Positions 1 through 10,650 of a stretch of DNA of 32,000 bases are shown here, piece by piece; the first letter of the stretch is position 1, and the number at the start of each line of letters is the position of its first letter. A program made the translations under genes and the position numbers. The stretch covers positions 900,001-932,000 of the forward strand of contig NC_007614.1 of the NCBI RefSeq assembly GCF_000196355.1, written 5' to 3'. The notes beneath the pieces were generated by a model that had not been told where the DNA came from, ran no database searches, and saw only the letters and a list, made by a program, of their open reading frames with translations. This DNA is from Nitrosospira multiformis ATCC 25196. Its GTDB lineage: Bacteria; Pseudomonadota; Gammaproteobacteria; Burkholderiales; Nitrosomonadaceae.

Positions 1-33
1 ACAACCTTTGTTGTACGACAAGTGGGCGGTTAA
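1..33 (+). CDS. rplP: 50S ribosomal protein L16, last 10 codons (5' truncated by window)
   Basis: Frame 1 reads [10 protein letters not shown] directly before rpmC, matching L16 C-terminus style and conserved gene order. Confidence 0.8.
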   Translation, partial: TTFVVRQVGG

Positions 34-35
34 TC

Positions 36-236
36 ATGAAATCCAGAGCCAAGGAATTGAGAAACAAGAATCCAGTGGAATTGCAGCAGGAGTTGCTGGA
101 ACTGCTAAGGGCGCAGTTTGGCCTGCGGATGCAGCATGCAACCCAGCAGTTAAGCAATACTTCCCAACTGAGCAATATTCGGCGGGACATAGCGCGTACC
201 AGAACCATTCTTAGCCAGAAGGCAAGGCAGTCATGA
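36..236 (+). CDS. rpmC: 50S ribosomal protein L29
   Basis: 66 aa [36 protein letters not shown]...; gene order. Confidence 0.97.
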   Translation: MKSRAKELRNKNPVELQQELLELLRAQFGLRMQHATQQLSNTSQLSNIRRDIARTRTILSQKARQS

Positions 237-499
237 GCGAAGCGAATTTAAATCGTACTCTTAGCGGAAAAGTGGTAAGCGATAAAATGAATAAGACCAT
301 TACTGTTCTGGTTGAACGTAAGGTCAAACATCCGCTTTACGGAAAGATTATGGTTCGCTCCAAAAAATATCATGTTCATGACGAAGCCAATGAGTTCCAC
401 ACTGGAGATGTGGTGGTGATAGAAGAGTGTCGTCCATTATCCAAAACAAAAGCCTGGCGTGTCGTCAAGTTGATGCAAAAAGCCGAACAGGTGAGTTGA
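233..499 (+). CDS. rpsQ: 30S ribosomal protein S17
   Basis: 88 aa; [27 protein letters not shown] motif; ATGA overlap with rpmC. Confidence 0.97.
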   Translation: MSEANLNRTLSGKVVSDKMNKTITVLVERKVKHPLYGKIMVRSKKYHVHDEANEFHTGDVVVIEECRPLSKTKAWRVVKLMQKAEQVS

Positions 500-534
500 T
501 TAAGAGGAAAACCGGCTGTTGGAAGTTTTCTTCC

Positions 535-563
535 TTGTTTTTGTAATCCGGTTGCCTTATAAT
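535..563 (+). promoter_or_regulatory. Candidate sigma70 promoter within the spc operon: TTGTTT (535-540), 17-bp spacer, TATAAT (558-563)
   Basis: Near-consensus -35 and perfect -10 at ideal spacing in the unusually long rpsQ-rplN spacer. Confidence 0.55.
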
Positions 564-696
564 TCTGCCTCTTCATTTTTCAGATACCTTAATTTTTTTG
601 CAGCCGGTAGATTCTGGCGGCATCACAACCCAGACGGGTTCCAATACTATCCTAGCCTTTGATTCGGCTGGAAAAGTTGGAGAGAGTGAGTAAATC

Positions 697-1065
697 ATGA
701 TCCAAATGCAATCGATTCTGCAAGTCGCCGACAATACCGGCGCACGGTCGCTCATGTGCATAAAGGTATTAGGCGGTTCCAAGCGACGTTATGCGGGTAT
801 TGGCGATATTATAAAAGTCAGCGTAAAGGACGTGGCGCCTCGCGGTCGCGTCAAAAAGGGTGAAGTGTACAATGCAGTCGTGGTACGAACTTCGAAAGGA
901 GTGCGTCGTGCGGATGGATCATTAATCAAGTTCGACGGCAACGCCGCGGTACTGTTGAATGCCAAGCTGGAACCAATCGGCACGCGTATTTTTGGTCCCG
1001 TCACACGTGAGTTGCGTACCGCACGTTTCATGAAAATTGTTTCGCTCGCCCCTGAAGTACTGTAG
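697..1065 (+). CDS. rplN: 50S ribosomal protein L14
   Basis: 122 aa; [27 protein letters not shown]. Confidence 0.98.
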   Translation: MIQMQSILQVADNTGARSLMCIKVLGGSKRRYAGIGDIIKVSVKDVAPRGRVKKGEVYNAVVVRTSKGVRRADGSLIKFDGNAAVLLNAKLEPIGTRIFGPVTRELRTARFMKIVSLAPEVL

Positions 1066-1087
1066 GACGCGGGATAAGGAATCAAAC

Positions 1088-1405
1088 ATGAGCAAAATAA
1101 AGAAGGGAGATGACGTAATTGTCATCGCCGGCAAGGACAAGGGTAAACGTGGCACGGTGTTGCGTGTCATGAAGCCGGATCTTGTGGTCGTTGAAGGTGT
1201 CAATCGCCTCAAGAAACATCAGAGACCCAATCCGAATAAAGGCGACACGGGTGGAATCGTCGAAATGGATAGCCCTATACAGGTTTCAAACATCGCAATC
1301 TACAATCCCGCAACCCGGAAGGCAGATCGGATAGGTTTCAAAACCGTAGAAGGAAAAGGCAAGGCCCGCTGCTTCAGGTCGAATGAAGAACTGATCGATG
1401 CCTAA
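1088..1405 (+). CDS. rplX: 50S ribosomal protein L24
   Basis: Internal ATG of ORF 1037-1405; [27 protein letters not shown] (KOW motif). Confidence 0.95.
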   Translation: MSKIKKGDDVIVIAGKDKGKRGTVLRVMKPDLVVVEGVNRLKKHQRPNPNKGDTGGIVEMDSPIQVSNIAIYNPATRKADRIGFKTVEGKGKARCFRSNEELIDA

Positions 1406-1422
1406 GGGTTAGGGGAAAACAC

Positions 1423-1962
1423 ATGGCGCGTTTACAAGAGTATTACCGTAGCACCGTAGTCCAGCAGTTAATGGAGCAATTCGGCTATAAGTCTGTGATG
1501 GAGGTGCCGCGCATTCGCAAAATCACCCTCAATATGGGTGTGGGCGAGGCGGTCGCGGACAAAAAAATCATGGATAACGCTGTGGGTGACATGCAGAAGA
1601 TTGCAGGCCAGAAGCCTGTGGTGACGAAAGCGAGAAAATCCATTGCCACTTTCAAGGTTCGTGATGGCTATCCGGTAGGTTGCATGGTTACGCTGCGCCG
1701 CGTTCGCATGTACGAATTCCTCGACCGTCTGGTAAATATCGCTATACCGCGTATTCGTGACTTTCGCGGTATTTCCGGTAGATCCTTCGATGGACGCGGC
1801 AATTATAATATGGGTATAAAGGAGCAGATCATTTTCCCGGAGATCGAATATGACAAAATCGATGCCTTGCGGGGGATGAACATCACGATTACCACGACTG
1901 CAAAGACAGATGCGGAAGCAAAGGCATTGCTGGCAGCATTCAAATTTCCATTTAAAAACTGA
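1423..1962 (+). CDS. rplE: 50S ribosomal protein L5
   Basis: 179 aa; [43 protein letters not shown]. Confidence 0.98.
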   Translation: MARLQEYYRSTVVQQLMEQFGYKSVMEVPRIRKITLNMGVGEAVADKKIMDNAVGDMQKIAGQKPVVTKARKSIATFKVRDGYPVGCMVTLRRVRMYEFLDRLVNIAIPRIRDFRGISGRSFDGRGNYNMGIKEQIIFPEIEYDKIDALRGMNITITTTAKTDAEAKALLAAFKFPFKN

Positions 1963-1968
1963 GGGAGC

Positions 1969-2274
1969 ATGGCTAAGGTAGCTGTTATTAACCGTGATCT
2001 GAAACGTCGGAAAATCGTCAAAAAATTCGAGGCGCGACGTGCTGAGTTGTTGGCGACCATCAATGATGCCAGCGTAAGTGACGAGGATCGTCATTCGGCC
2101 AGGATCAAGTTGCAGATGTTGCCGCGCAATGCCAGCCCCGTGCGATTGCGCAACCGCTGCTCGCTCACAGGCCGTCCGCGTGGGGTATACAGCAAATTTG
2201 GATTGGGACGTGGCAAGCTTCGTGATATCGCCATGAGCGGAGAGATTCCGGGCATGATCAAGGCGAGCTGGTAG
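1969..2274 (+). CDS. rpsN: 30S ribosomal protein S14
   Basis: 101 aa; [27 protein letters not shown]...GMIKASW. Confidence 0.98.
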   Translation: MAKVAVINRDLKRRKIVKKFEARRAELLATINDASVSDEDRHSARIKLQMLPRNASPVRLRNRCSLTGRPRGVYSKFGLGRGKLRDIAMSGEIPGMIKASW

Positions 2275-2420
2275 GGGAGTGAGGGTAATAATTGATGGCG
2301 TTTGATTCAAGGAATCGAACAGACCGCGTAAATTTATGGATTAGATCCAGTATGGTCAATGTGGTTTCAAGGGTTTCGTATTCGCCGGTAACGAAAGTCG
2401 GATTTCCAGAGGTATTCTAG

Positions 2421-2816
2421 ATGAGCATGAGTGATCCCATTGCAGACATGCTGACGCGAATTCGAAACGCGCAGCTATCTGAAAAAACATCTGTAGTAAT
2501 GCCTGCCTCCAAGCTTAAAGCGGCTATTGCTCAAGTGCTGAAGGATGAGGGGTATGTCGAGGATTTTATAGTTCATGAGGCCGGCGGAAAATCGATACTG
2601 GATATCAGTCTGAAGTATTACGCAGGACGTCCGGTAATTGAAAGAATAGAGCGTGTCAGTCGTCCTGGTTTGCGGATATATAAAGGCAGCAATAAACTTC
2701 CCAACGTAATGAATGGCCTGGGAGTGGCTATCGTGTCAACATCGAAAGGCGTAATGACGGAAAGAAAAGCGCGCGCAAATGGTGTAGGCGGCGAAGTATT
2801 ATGCATTGTGGCGTAA
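2421..2816 (+). CDS. rpsH: 30S ribosomal protein S8
   Basis: 131 aa; [22 protein letters not shown]. Confidence 0.98.
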   Translation: MSMSDPIADMLTRIRNAQLSEKTSVVMPASKLKAAIAQVLKDEGYVEDFIVHEAGGKSILDISLKYYAGRPVIERIERVSRPGLRIYKGSNKLPNVMNGLGVAIVSTSKGVMTERKARANGVGGEVLCIVA

Positions 2817-2827
2817 GGGTATAGAAA

Positions 2828-3361
2828 ATGTCTCGAGTGGGTAAAAATCCTGTTTCAGTTCCGGCAAATGTCGAAGTCAGGCTATCCGGGTCAGAAGTGG
2901 AGGTAAAGGGTCCGCTGGGTATGCTGCGTCACGAGCTTGTTTCGGATATTTCGATTGAGCGCAAGGGCGAAAGCCTGCTAGTGAAAGCGGCTGATGATTC
3001 CAAGCACGCCAACGCAATGTGGGGGACCACTCGTGCGCTGCTCGCCAACATGGTGAAGGGCGTCACCACCGGTTTTGAGAAAAGGCTGATTCTGGTTGGC
3101 GTAGGATACCGCGCCCAGGCTGCAGATAACGTGCTTAACTTGACGTTAGGATTCTCTCATCCAATCGCTCACAAAATGCCCGAAGGTATCAAAGTCGAGA
3201 CTCCAAGTCAGACCGAGGTTGTCATCAAGGGCATGGACAAGCAGCAGGTAGGACAAGTGGCTGCGGATGTACGTGCATACAGGGAGCCGGAGCCATACAA
3301 GGGCAAGGGCGTGCGTTATGCGGACGAAGTCATCGTCCTGAAGGAAACGAAGAAAAAATAG
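2828..3361 (+). CDS. rplF: 50S ribosomal protein L6
   Basis: 177 aa; [12 protein letters not shown]...[19 protein letters not shown]. Confidence 0.98.
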   Translation: MSRVGKNPVSVPANVEVRLSGSEVEVKGPLGMLRHELVSDISIERKGESLLVKAADDSKHANAMWGTTRALLANMVKGVTTGFEKRLILVGVGYRAQAADNVLNLTLGFSHPIAHKMPEGIKVETPSQTEVVIKGMDKQQVGQVAADVRAYREPEPYKGKGVRYADEVIVLKETKKK

Positions 3362-3372
3362 TCAGGGTAAAT

Positions 3373-3729
3373 ATGCCGAATTCCATAGAATCCCGTTTAC
3401 GGCGCGCGCGACAAACGCGTGCCAAAATTGCTGAATTGAAGGTGGTAAGACTGGCAATTCATCGTAGCAATTCGCATATTTATGCGCAATTGATAGACGG
3501 CTCCGGTAGCAAGGTGCTCGCCAGCGCATCCACCCTCGAGCCGGAACTGCGCAAGGAGCTTCCCAATGGCGGAACGGTGACCGCAGCGGCAGTCGTTGGT
3601 AAAAGGGTTGCAGAGAAGGCGCGGGGTCTCGGCATTGAGACAGTGGCGTTCGACCGTTCAGGTTTCAAATACCATGGGCGTGTGAAAGCATTGGCTGACG
3701 CCGCCCGGGAAAACGGCCTCAAATTCTGA
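3373..3729 (+). CDS. rplR: 50S ribosomal protein L18
   Basis: 118 aa; [24 protein letters not shown]...[26 protein letters not shown]. Confidence 0.98.
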   Translation: MPNSIESRLRRARQTRAKIAELKVVRLAIHRSNSHIYAQLIDGSGSKVLASASTLEPELRKELPNGGTVTAAAVVGKRVAEKARGLGIETVAFDRSGFKYHGRVKALADAARENGLKF

Positions 3730-3749
3730 GTGAGGAAGGATGAAGGATA

Positions 3750-4292
3750 ATGGCTAAAATGCAGGGGCGGATGCAAGGTAAGGTGGCTCCGGGCGACGAC
3801 CGCGGAGACGGACTCAAGGAAAAGATGGTGGCCATCAATCGCGTTACCAAGGTGGTCAAAGGAGGACGTATTCTGGGCTTTGCTGCTCTGACCGTTGTCG
3901 GGAATGGCGATGGTGGCGTGGGCATGGGTAAGGGGAAATCGCGTGAGGTACCCGTGGCGGTACAAAAGGCGATGGACGAAGCGCGCCGCAAGATGATCAA
4001 GGTGAGTCTCAAGAATGGGACGCTCCAACATCCGGTAATCGGGCGGCATGGCGCGGCCAAGGTGTACATGCAACCTGCATCGGAGGGAACTGGCATCATT
4101 GCCGGCGGACCGATGCGCGCAATATTTGAAGTAATGGGTGTGCACAATATCCTTGCCAAATGTATTGGCTCGACCAATCCGTACAATGTTGTCCGTGCAA
4201 CTCTCAACGGCCTGCAGGCGATGAGTAATCCCGCCGAGATAGCCGCCAAGCGGGGCAAGAGCGTCGAAGAGATTTTGGGGTTGGAGAAATGA
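3750..4292 (+). CDS. rpsE: 30S ribosomal protein S5
   Basis: 180 aa; [51 protein letters not shown]. Confidence 0.98.
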   Translation: MAKMQGRMQGKVAPGDDRGDGLKEKMVAINRVTKVVKGGRILGFAALTVVGNGDGGVGMGKGKSREVPVAVQKAMDEARRKMIKVSLKNGTLQHPVIGRHGAAKVYMQPASEGTGIIAGGPMRAIFEVMGVHNILAKCIGSTNPYNVVRATLNGLQAMSNPAEIAAKRGKSVEEILGLEK

Positions 4293-4477
4293 CGCAAAAT
4301 CCGAAGAAGATAAAAGTAACCCTGGTCAAGAGTCTGATTGGAACGAAACAGGCACATCGAGCAACCGCCCGGGGATTGGGACTACGTCATGTCAACAGCA
4401 GCGTGGAAGTGGAAGATACCCCGGCGGTGCGAGGCATGATCAATAACATTTATTACCTCGTAAAGAGTGAGGTTTAG
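4289..4477 (+). CDS. rpmD: 50S ribosomal protein L30
   Basis: 62 aa; [54 protein letters not shown]. Confidence 0.97.
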   Translation: MTQNPKKIKVTLVKSLIGTKQAHRATARGLGLRHVNSSVEVEDTPAVRGMINNIYYLVKSEV

Positions 4478-4909
4478 ATGCAGCTGAATTCCATTAAACC
4501 AGCCCCTGGGGCCAAGCATCCAAAGCGCAGGGTAGGCCGTGGTATCGGCTCCGGTCTTGGCAAGACCGCCGGGCGTGGACATAAGGGACAGAAATCCCGT
4601 GCGGGCGGTTTTCATAAAGTCGGTTTTGAAGGGGGTCAAATGCCCTTGCAACGGCGCTTGCCCAAGCGCGGCTTTGTTTCGCCCACAAAAAAGAATGATG
4701 CGGAGGTGCGCCTGTCTGCGCTTGACAGAATACCCGGCGATATCATCGATATTCTGATCCTGAAGCAAGCGGGGCTTGTCTCCGGTTCCGCTTTGAACGT
4801 CAAGGTAATACTTTCGGGAAAGATCGAGCGCGCAGTGAAGCTTCAGGGCATTCCCGTAACCAAGGGCGCGAAAGCAGCTATTGAAGCTGCTGGTGGTAGT
4901 GTCGAATAA
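4478..4909 (+). CDS. rplO: 50S ribosomal protein L15
   Basis: 143 aa; [41 protein letters not shown]. Confidence 0.98.
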   Translation: MQLNSIKPAPGAKHPKRRVGRGIGSGLGKTAGRGHKGQKSRAGGFHKVGFEGGQMPLQRRLPKRGFVSPTKKNDAEVRLSALDRIPGDIIDILILKQAGLVSGSALNVKVILSGKIERAVKLQGIPVTKGAKAAIEAAGGSVE

Positions 4910-4926
4910 GTACGAGAGGATATATA

Positions 4927-6255
4927 TTGGCCGCTAGCGACTCCCTGCGGGGACTCTCCGGAAAACTCGGCGACTTGAAGCGCCGGTTATGGTTTTTGCT
5001 GCTCGCATTGGTTGTCTACCGTATCGGCGCGCATGTGCCAGTACCCGGTATCGATCCGGTGGTATTGAAGGATCTGTTCGAATCGCAGCAGGGCGGCATC
5101 CTGGGCATGTTCAACATGTTTTCCGGCGGGGCCCTTTCCCGTTTTTCGATATTTGCCCTGGGTATCATGCCGTACATTTCGGCATCGATTATCATGCAGT
5201 TGGGCACCGTGGCATTCCCTTATCTCGAGGCCCTGAAGAAAGAGGGTGAGTCAGGGCGCAGAAAGATTACCCAGTACACCCGGTATGGTACTCTGGGCCT
5301 GGCGCTGGTTCAGGGTTATGGCATCTCGATCGCACTACAATCCCAGCCTGGTCTGGTGATAGAGCCCGGTCCGATGTTCCTGCTGACCACGGTTATAACA
5401 TTGGTGACGGGCACCATATTTCTCATGTGGCTGGGAGAACAGATTACCGAACGCGGCATTGGCAACGGGATTTCGCTCATTATATTTGCCGGGATTGCTG
5501 CAGGTCTTCCAAGTGCAATTGGAGGCACGCTGGAGCTGGTGCGAACGGGCGCCATGCACTTCCTGGTGGCGCTAGGAATTTTCGTGGCGGCGACGGTGGT
5601 TACGGGATTCGTTGTCTTTGTCGAGCGGGGGCAACGCAAGATACTGGTGAATTATGCAAAGCGTCAGGTTGGACGCAAGGTTTATGGCGGTCAAAGCTCT
5701 CACCTGCCTCTTAAGCTGAACATGTCCGGCGTGATTCCGCCGATCTTTGCTTCCAGCATCATATTGTTTCCCGCCACGCTGGCTGGTTGGTTTTCGACGG
5801 GAGAATCAATGGACTGGCTAAAGGATATAAGCGGGGCGTTATCGCCTGGACAGCCGGTGTACGTAATCATGTACGCGGCAATGATCATATTCTTCTGCTT
5901 TTTTTATACGGCCCTGGTGTTCAATCCCAAGGAAACCGCGGAGAACCTGAAAAAAAGCGGAGCATTCATTCCCGGCATTCGCCCAGGTGATCAAACGGCA
6001 CGATATATTGAACGCATCATGTTGCGCCTTACTCTCACCGGTGCAATTTACGTAACGCTCGTGTGTCTGTTGCCGGAATTTTTGATTTTGAAATGGAATG
6101 TTCCATTCTATTTTGGTGGAACTTCCCTGCTTATCATCGTCGTGGTAACGATGGATTTCATGGCGCAGGTGCAAGCCTACATCATGTCTCATCAGTATGA
6201 GAGCCTCTTGAAAAAAACCAACTTCAAGGGCGGTGGCGGATTGCCGGCGAGATAA
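4927..6255 (+). CDS. secY: Preprotein translocase subunit SecY (TTG start)
   Basis: 442 aa multispanning protein; [36 protein letters not shown]; [29 protein letters not shown]. Confidence 0.98.
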   Translation: MAASDSLRGLSGKLGDLKRRLWFLLLALVVYRIGAHVPVPGIDPVVLKDLFESQQGGILGMFNMFSGGALSRFSIFALGIMPYISASIIMQLGTVAFPYLEALKKEGESGRRKITQYTRYGTLGLALVQGYGISIALQSQPGLVIEPGPMFLLTTVITLVTGTIFLMWLGEQITERGIGNGISLIIFAGIAAGLPSAIGGTLELVRTGAMHFLVALGIFVAATVVTGFVVFVERGQRKILVNYAKRQVGRKVYGGQSSHLPLKLNMSGVIPPIFASSIILFPATLAGWFSTGESMDWLKDISGALSPGQPVYVIMYAAMIIFFCFFYTALVFNPKETAENLKKSGAFIPGIRPGDQTARYIERIMLRLTLTGAIYVTLVCLLPEFLILKWNVPFYFGGTSLLIIVVVTMDFMAQVQAYIMSHQYESLLKKTNFKGGGGLPAR

Positions 6256-6273
6256 AAGCGCATCAAGGATAGG

Positions 6274-6492
6274 ATGGCAAAGGAAGAAACCATACAAATG
6301 CAGGGCGAGATACTGGAAACGTTGCCGAATGCGACGTTTCGGGTCAAGCTGGAAAACGGACATATAGTGTTGGGACATATTTCCGGCAAGATGCGGATGC
6401 ACTACATTCGGATTCTGCCTGGAGATAAGGTAACGGTAGATCTGACACCATACGATTTAAGCAGGGCGCGCATTACGTTTCGTGCCAAATAG
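6274..6492 (+). CDS. infA: Translation initiation factor IF-1
   Basis: 72 aa; [70 protein letters not shown]. Confidence 0.97.
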   Translation: MAKEETIQMQGEILETLPNATFRVKLENGHIVLGHISGKMRMHYIRILPGDKVTVDLTPYDLSRARITFRAK

Positions 6493-6509
6493 CCGGAGAG
6501 GGGTAAATA

Positions 6510-6623
6510 ATGAAAGTACTGGCATCGGTAAAAAAGATTTGCCGAAATTGCAAAATCATCAGACGCAACCGGATAGTGCGCGTGATCTGCACAGACCCGC
6601 GGCATAAACAGCGTCAGGGTTGA
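6510..6623 (+). CDS. rpmJ: 50S ribosomal protein L36 (37 aa, absent from the supplied ORF track)
   Basis: Manual translation: [37 protein letters not shown]; conserved position between infA and rpsM. Confidence 0.96.
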   Translation: MKVLASVKKICRNCKIIRRNRIVRVICTDPRHKQRQG

Positions 6624-6675
6624 GTCGGCTACGCATTCTAAGATGTTATAATCCCAAATTTTTGTAGGAAAACGT

Positions 6676-7053
6676 ATGGCCCGTATTGCTGGAGTAAACA
6701 TCCCCAACCATCAGCATGCTGAAATTGCGCTGACAGCGATTTATGGCATTGGTCGTGCGAGAGCTCGTGAGATTTGTGAGGCGGCTGGAATCAACGTCTC
6801 GACCAAGATGAAAGATGTAACCGACGCGGAAATGGACAAGTTGCGGGATAACGTCGCGAAATTTGTGGTCGAAGGCGATCTCCGACGGGAAGTTTCAATG
6901 AATATCAAGCGCCTGATGGACCTCGGCTGCTATCGGGGATTGCGTCATCGTCGTGGCCTCCCGGTACGGGGTCAGCGTACCCGCACGAATGCCAGAACGC
7001 GTAAGGGACCCAGGAAGGCCGTTCGTGCTTCCAGCGCCAAGGCAGGAAGATAA
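6676..7053 (+). CDS. rpsM: 30S ribosomal protein S13
   Basis: 125 aa; [30 protein letters not shown]. Confidence 0.98.
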   Translation: MARIAGVNIPNHQHAEIALTAIYGIGRARAREICEAAGINVSTKMKDVTDAEMDKLRDNVAKFVVEGDLRREVSMNIKRLMDLGCYRGLRHRRGLPVRGQRTRTNARTRKGPRKAVRASSAKAGR

Positions 7054-7098
7054 ATTTTAGCCAATCAATCGAATGGCAGGGCAGAAGGATAGATCAAT

Positions 7099-7488
7099 AT
7101 GGTAAAAGCAGCCACGCGAGTACGCAAGAAAGTCAAAAAGAACGTAGCGGAAGGTATTGCGCATGTACATGCTTCGTTTAATAACACTATTGTGACGATA
7201 ACGGACCGTCAGGGGAACGCGCTATCGTGGGCTACTTCCGGAGGGGCAGGTTTTAAAGGGTCACGCAAGAGTACACCGTTTGCCGCCCAGGTTGCAGCGG
7301 AGCAAGCCGGCAGGGCTGCACAGGAATATGGGGTAAAGAACCTCGAAGTGCGTATAAAAGGTCCGGGGCCCGGGCGGGAATCCGCAGTGCGTGCACTGAA
7401 TGCAGCCGGTTTTAAAATTACCAGTATTTCGGACGTGACACCCGTTCCACATAACGGTTGTCGGCCGCCGAAGAAACGTCGTATTTAA
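7099..7488 (+). CDS. rpsK: 30S ribosomal protein S11
   Basis: 129 aa; [50 protein letters not shown]. Confidence 0.98.
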   Translation: MVKAATRVRKKVKKNVAEGIAHVHASFNNTIVTITDRQGNALSWATSGGAGFKGSRKSTPFAAQVAAEQAGRAAQEYGVKNLEVRIKGPGPGRESAVRALNAAGFKITSISDVTPVPHNGCRPPKKRRI

Positions 7489-7497
7489 GGAGTTACC

Positions 7498-8124
7498 GTG
7501 GCGAGAAATCTTGATCCCAAATGCCGTCAATGCCGACGTGAGGGTGAGAAGCTGTTCCTTAAAGGTGAGAAATGTTTTACCGATAAGTGTGCCATCGAGC
7601 GCCGGAATTACGCGCCTGGGCAACACGGTCAGAAAAGTGGCCGTTTATCGGACTACGGAGTGCAATTACGCGAAAAGCAGAAGCTGCGCCGAATATATGG
7701 AGTGCTGGAGCGTCAGTTCCGTAATGGTTACGAGCTTGCGGAGAGGCAGCGCGGTGTTACGGGCGAAAATCTCCTACAATTACTGGAATGCCGGCTTGAC
7801 ACGGTTTCCTATCGCATGGGGTTTGGCGCATCGCGGTCCGAAGCGCGTCAGATTGTCCGTCATAACGGGATTCTGGTAAATGGCAGGAGAATCAATATTC
7901 CTTCCTATCAGGTAAAACCGGGAGATGTTATAGAAGTTGCAGAGAAGGCAAAGAATCATTTGCGTATCAAGGCGTCCGTGGAAGCTGCCGAACAGCGGCA
8001 CTTTCCGGAATGGCTGGAGGTGGACACTAAAGCCATGAAGGGAACTTTCAAGAACAAACCCGAGAGATCCGATTTACCGTCAAGCATCAATGAATCTCTC
8101 GTAATTGAATTGTATTCCAAGTAA
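7498..8124 (+). CDS. rpsD: 30S ribosomal protein S4 (GTG start)
   Basis: 208 aa; [44 protein letters not shown]. Confidence 0.98.
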   Translation: MARNLDPKCRQCRREGEKLFLKGEKCFTDKCAIERRNYAPGQHGQKSGRLSDYGVQLREKQKLRRIYGVLERQFRNGYELAERQRGVTGENLLQLLECRLDTVSYRMGFGASRSEARQIVRHNGILVNGRRINIPSYQVKPGDVIEVAEKAKNHLRIKASVEAAEQRHFPEWLEVDTKAMKGTFKNKPERSDLPSSINESLVIELYSK

Positions 8125-8157
8125 TGAGTCGCCACGTTTCCGCAAAAGGATCAGGCT

Positions 8158-9162
8158 ATGCAAAGTAACACCTTTCTTACGCCGCGTATTATCGATGTGC
8201 AGAATATATCGCCGCTCCATGCAAGAATCACGATGGAGCCGTTCGAGCGCGGCTATGGCCATACGCTGGGCAACGCGTTACGGCGTATTCTGCTTTCATC
8301 GATGCCGGGATTTGCGCCAACGGAAGTTCAGATCAGTGGTGTCGTTCACGAATACTCCGCCCTGGACGGCGTGCAGGAAGACGTGGTTGATATCCTGCTC
8401 AATCTCAAAGGTATTGTCCTGAAATTGCACAATCGTACAGAGGCACTTCTGACCCTGAGCAAAAAGGGAGAAGGAACGGTTACTGCGGGCGATATCGAGG
8501 GGGGGCATGATGTCGAGATCATTAATCCCGACCATGTCGTTGCCCACCTTACGTCCGGCGGCAAGCTGGATATGCAGATCAAGGTGGAAATGGGACGGGG
8601 CTACGTGCCGGGAACTGTCCGCCAGTTGGCGCACGAAAGCCGTGCTATCGGCAGCATTCTGCTGGATGCATCTTTCAGTCCTGTGCGGCGGGTAAGTTAT
8701 GCAGTGGAAAGCGCCCGGGTTGAACAACGCACCGATCTGGATAAACTGGTCATGGACATCGAGACCAATGGTGTCGTTGACCCCGAGGAAGCAATCCGGT
8801 ATGCGGCAAAAGTCCTGGTCGAGCAACTCTCCGTATTTGCGGACCTCAAAGGCACGCCGCTGCCCGTGGAACAACCGAAATTGCCCCAGATTGATCCAGT
8901 GCTGCTTCGGCCGGTGGATGATCTTGAACTCACCGTACGTTCCGCGAATTGTCTCAAAGCGGAAAATATATATTATATTGGCGACCTGATCCAGCGGACG
9001 GAAACCGAGCTACTGAAAACCCCTAATCTGGGGCGGAAATCCTTGAATGAAATCAAGGAAGTGCTTGCTTCTCGCGGGTTGACGCTGGGCATGAAACTGG
9101 AGAGCTGGCCACCTTCCAATCTTGATAAGGGTAAAAAGGATACAAGTCATGCGGCACCATAA
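8158..9162 (+). CDS. rpoA: DNA-directed RNA polymerase subunit alpha
   Basis: 334 aa; [26 protein letters not shown]; alpha-[20 protein letters not shown]. Confidence 0.98.
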   Translation: MQSNTFLTPRIIDVQNISPLHARITMEPFERGYGHTLGNALRRILLSSMPGFAPTEVQISGVVHEYSALDGVQEDVVDILLNLKGIVLKLHNRTEALLTLSKKGEGTVTAGDIEGGHDVEIINPDHVVAHLTSGGKLDMQIKVEMGRGYVPGTVRQLAHESRAIGSILLDASFSPVRRVSYAVESARVEQRTDLDKLVMDIETNGVVDPEEAIRYAAKVLVEQLSVFADLKGTPLPVEQPKLPQIDPVLLRPVDDLELTVRSANCLKAENIYYIGDLIQRTETELLKTPNLGRKSLNEIKEVLASRGLTLGMKLESWPPSNLDKGKKDTSHAAP

Positions 9163-9544
9163 TGGACTAAGGAAGCTTAATCGCACGAGCAGTCACCGCT
9201 CGGCCATGTTACGGAACATGACCAACTCCCTGTTGCGGCACGAGGTTATAAAAACGACTTTGCCCAAGGCTAAAGAGCTGCGTCGAGTTATTGAGCCGAT
9301 GATAACGCTTGGAAAAAAACCTTCACTGGCTAATCGTCGACTTGCGTTCGACCGGTTGCGGGATCGTGACATGGTTGGAAAACTGTTTAGCGAGCTGGGG
9401 CCCCGTTACCAGACCCGCAATGGCGGATATCTGCGTATTCTCAAGTTTGGGTTCCGCAAGGGCGATAACGCGCCTATGGCGCTGGTTGAATTGATGGATA
9501 GGCCGGAACAGCCAGCCACAGACACGGAAAGTAAGGCAGGTTAG
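9149..9544 (+). CDS. rplQ: 50S ribosomal protein L17
   Basis: Internal ATG of ORF 9122-9544; [54 protein letters not shown]; overlaps rpoA by 14 bp. Confidence 0.96.
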   Translation: MRHHNGLRKLNRTSSHRSAMLRNMTNSLLRHEVIKTTLPKAKELRRVIEPMITLGKKPSLANRRLAFDRLRDRDMVGKLFSELGPRYQTRNGGYLRILKFGFRKGDNAPMALVELMDRPEQPATDTESKAG

Positions 9545-9561
9545 GGAGTTTTTTGGAAGAG

Positions 9562-9589
9562 AAAAAGCCGGGATTATCCCGGCTTTTTT
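9562..9589 (+). terminator. Rho-independent terminator of the ribosomal protein operon
   Basis: aaaaaGCCGGGA-tta-TCCCGGCtttttt: perfect G/C-rich stem flanked by A and T tracts. Confidence 0.93.
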
Positions 9590-9748
9590 GTATTACCCTA
9601 TAGTTTCCAGTGGGCAACATACGATCCAGATTCCGGTAGTCAGGCTGGTCGGATATATGCCGAAGCTGCGTCTATCCCGGAATTCGTATCGGTTTTACCC
9701 CAATAAAGACACAATTGGTTTTTTTCCTGTACAGAGAGGACAGCCCTG

Positions 9749-10108
9749 ATGGATCTTGCAGATTGGACCGATGAGGAACTTGATTCGGTACGTGAGAAGC
9801 TACGAACCTGGTGTGTTAAGCGGCAGGAGCCTACGTGGACGAACAAATTCCTGAACTGGACAGGATTCATGGGCGCTTTTTCTGTTCTCACCGGGCTTAT
9901 GGATATTTTCTTTGGTGGGCCGGCACCCGTAAATGTTCTTCTGGTTGTTTTCGGGACTCTTGCATGTTTTTCATGGTACAAGGGTGATAAACAGCGAAAG
10001 AAGAATATCCAGTTTCTCGAAAAACTTGACCAGGAAATTTCCCGTCGAGGTGATAAGAGCAAAAAGAATCCACCTGCTATCGGAGACGTTCAGGAACATA
10101 TCTCATAG
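9749..10108 (+). CDS. Small hypothetical membrane protein (119 aa, likely two transmembrane segments)
   Basis: Hydrophobic segments FLNWTGFMGAFSVLTGLMDIFF and PVNVLLVVFGTLACFSWY; plausible ATG. Confidence 0.6.
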   Translation: MDLADWTDEELDSVREKLRTWCVKRQEPTWTNKFLNWTGFMGAFSVLTGLMDIFFGGPAPVNVLLVVFGTLACFSWYKGDKQRKKNIQFLEKLDQEISRRGDKSKKNPPAIGDVQEHIS

Positions 10109-10167
10109 ATGAAGCTTTGCGATCAGCTCTCCCTTTCTGAGTTGACGGGTGATCACAGGGGGCGGAT

Positions 10168-10629
10168 TTGGAGCAGGGCAAAAACAGGGAAGTTTTTGCA
10201 TCTCTTTGCCAGTTCCTCTGGATGCAAGGGCACCTGATACCTCTTATATATGACCTCAACCATGAGGTTTATTCAGATCAGGGCATCACATTGCCCGCAT
10301 TGAAAGCGCTGGAAGCAACCGGTTTGATATCTGTGGCACCGGCGGGATATGTAAAGAAAGGGTTTGGTCAACACACGCGGTTGTTTTATTTCGGAAGACC
10401 GACAAAAATACGATTCCCCGAGGAAGCCGGCAATCAACTTGATCTTGGCCATGTGCTTCTGACAGATAAGGGAAAAGCGCAGGCGGTAGCAAACTGCGAT
10501 GTCCAGAGTAATCAACGGTTTTATGAATATGTAATCGAAAAGTGGTTTCAGCAAGGACTGGTGATGTCCTCCATCTCCGAAAACAGTGATTTGGCTATTT
10601 TTCCCTTTTCATCTGTTGCATTCGAGTAA
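10168..10629 (+). pseudogene. C-terminal-like remnant of a larger conserved hypothetical protein (resembles DUF2806/TIGR03899-type C-termini)
   Basis: LCQFLWMQGHLIPLIYDLNHEVYSDQGITLPALKALEATGLI...GHVLLTDKGKA; only a TTG start without an obvious RBS and an in-frame TGA at 10050-10052+100 (10150-10152) just upstream; family call is from memory. Confidence 0.45.
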
Positions 10630-10650
10630 TCTGCAGGCTTTCTTTTTTCT

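Noticed and set aside
8-214. [22 protein letters not shown]...
   Set aside because: Out of frame with the genuine rplP tail and rpmC. It is an overlapping spurious frame.
573-782. 69-aa minus ORF and a plus-strand open frame in the rpsQ-rplN spacer
   Set aside because: No start or RBS support and it overlaps the L14 gene. The open frame is probably chance.
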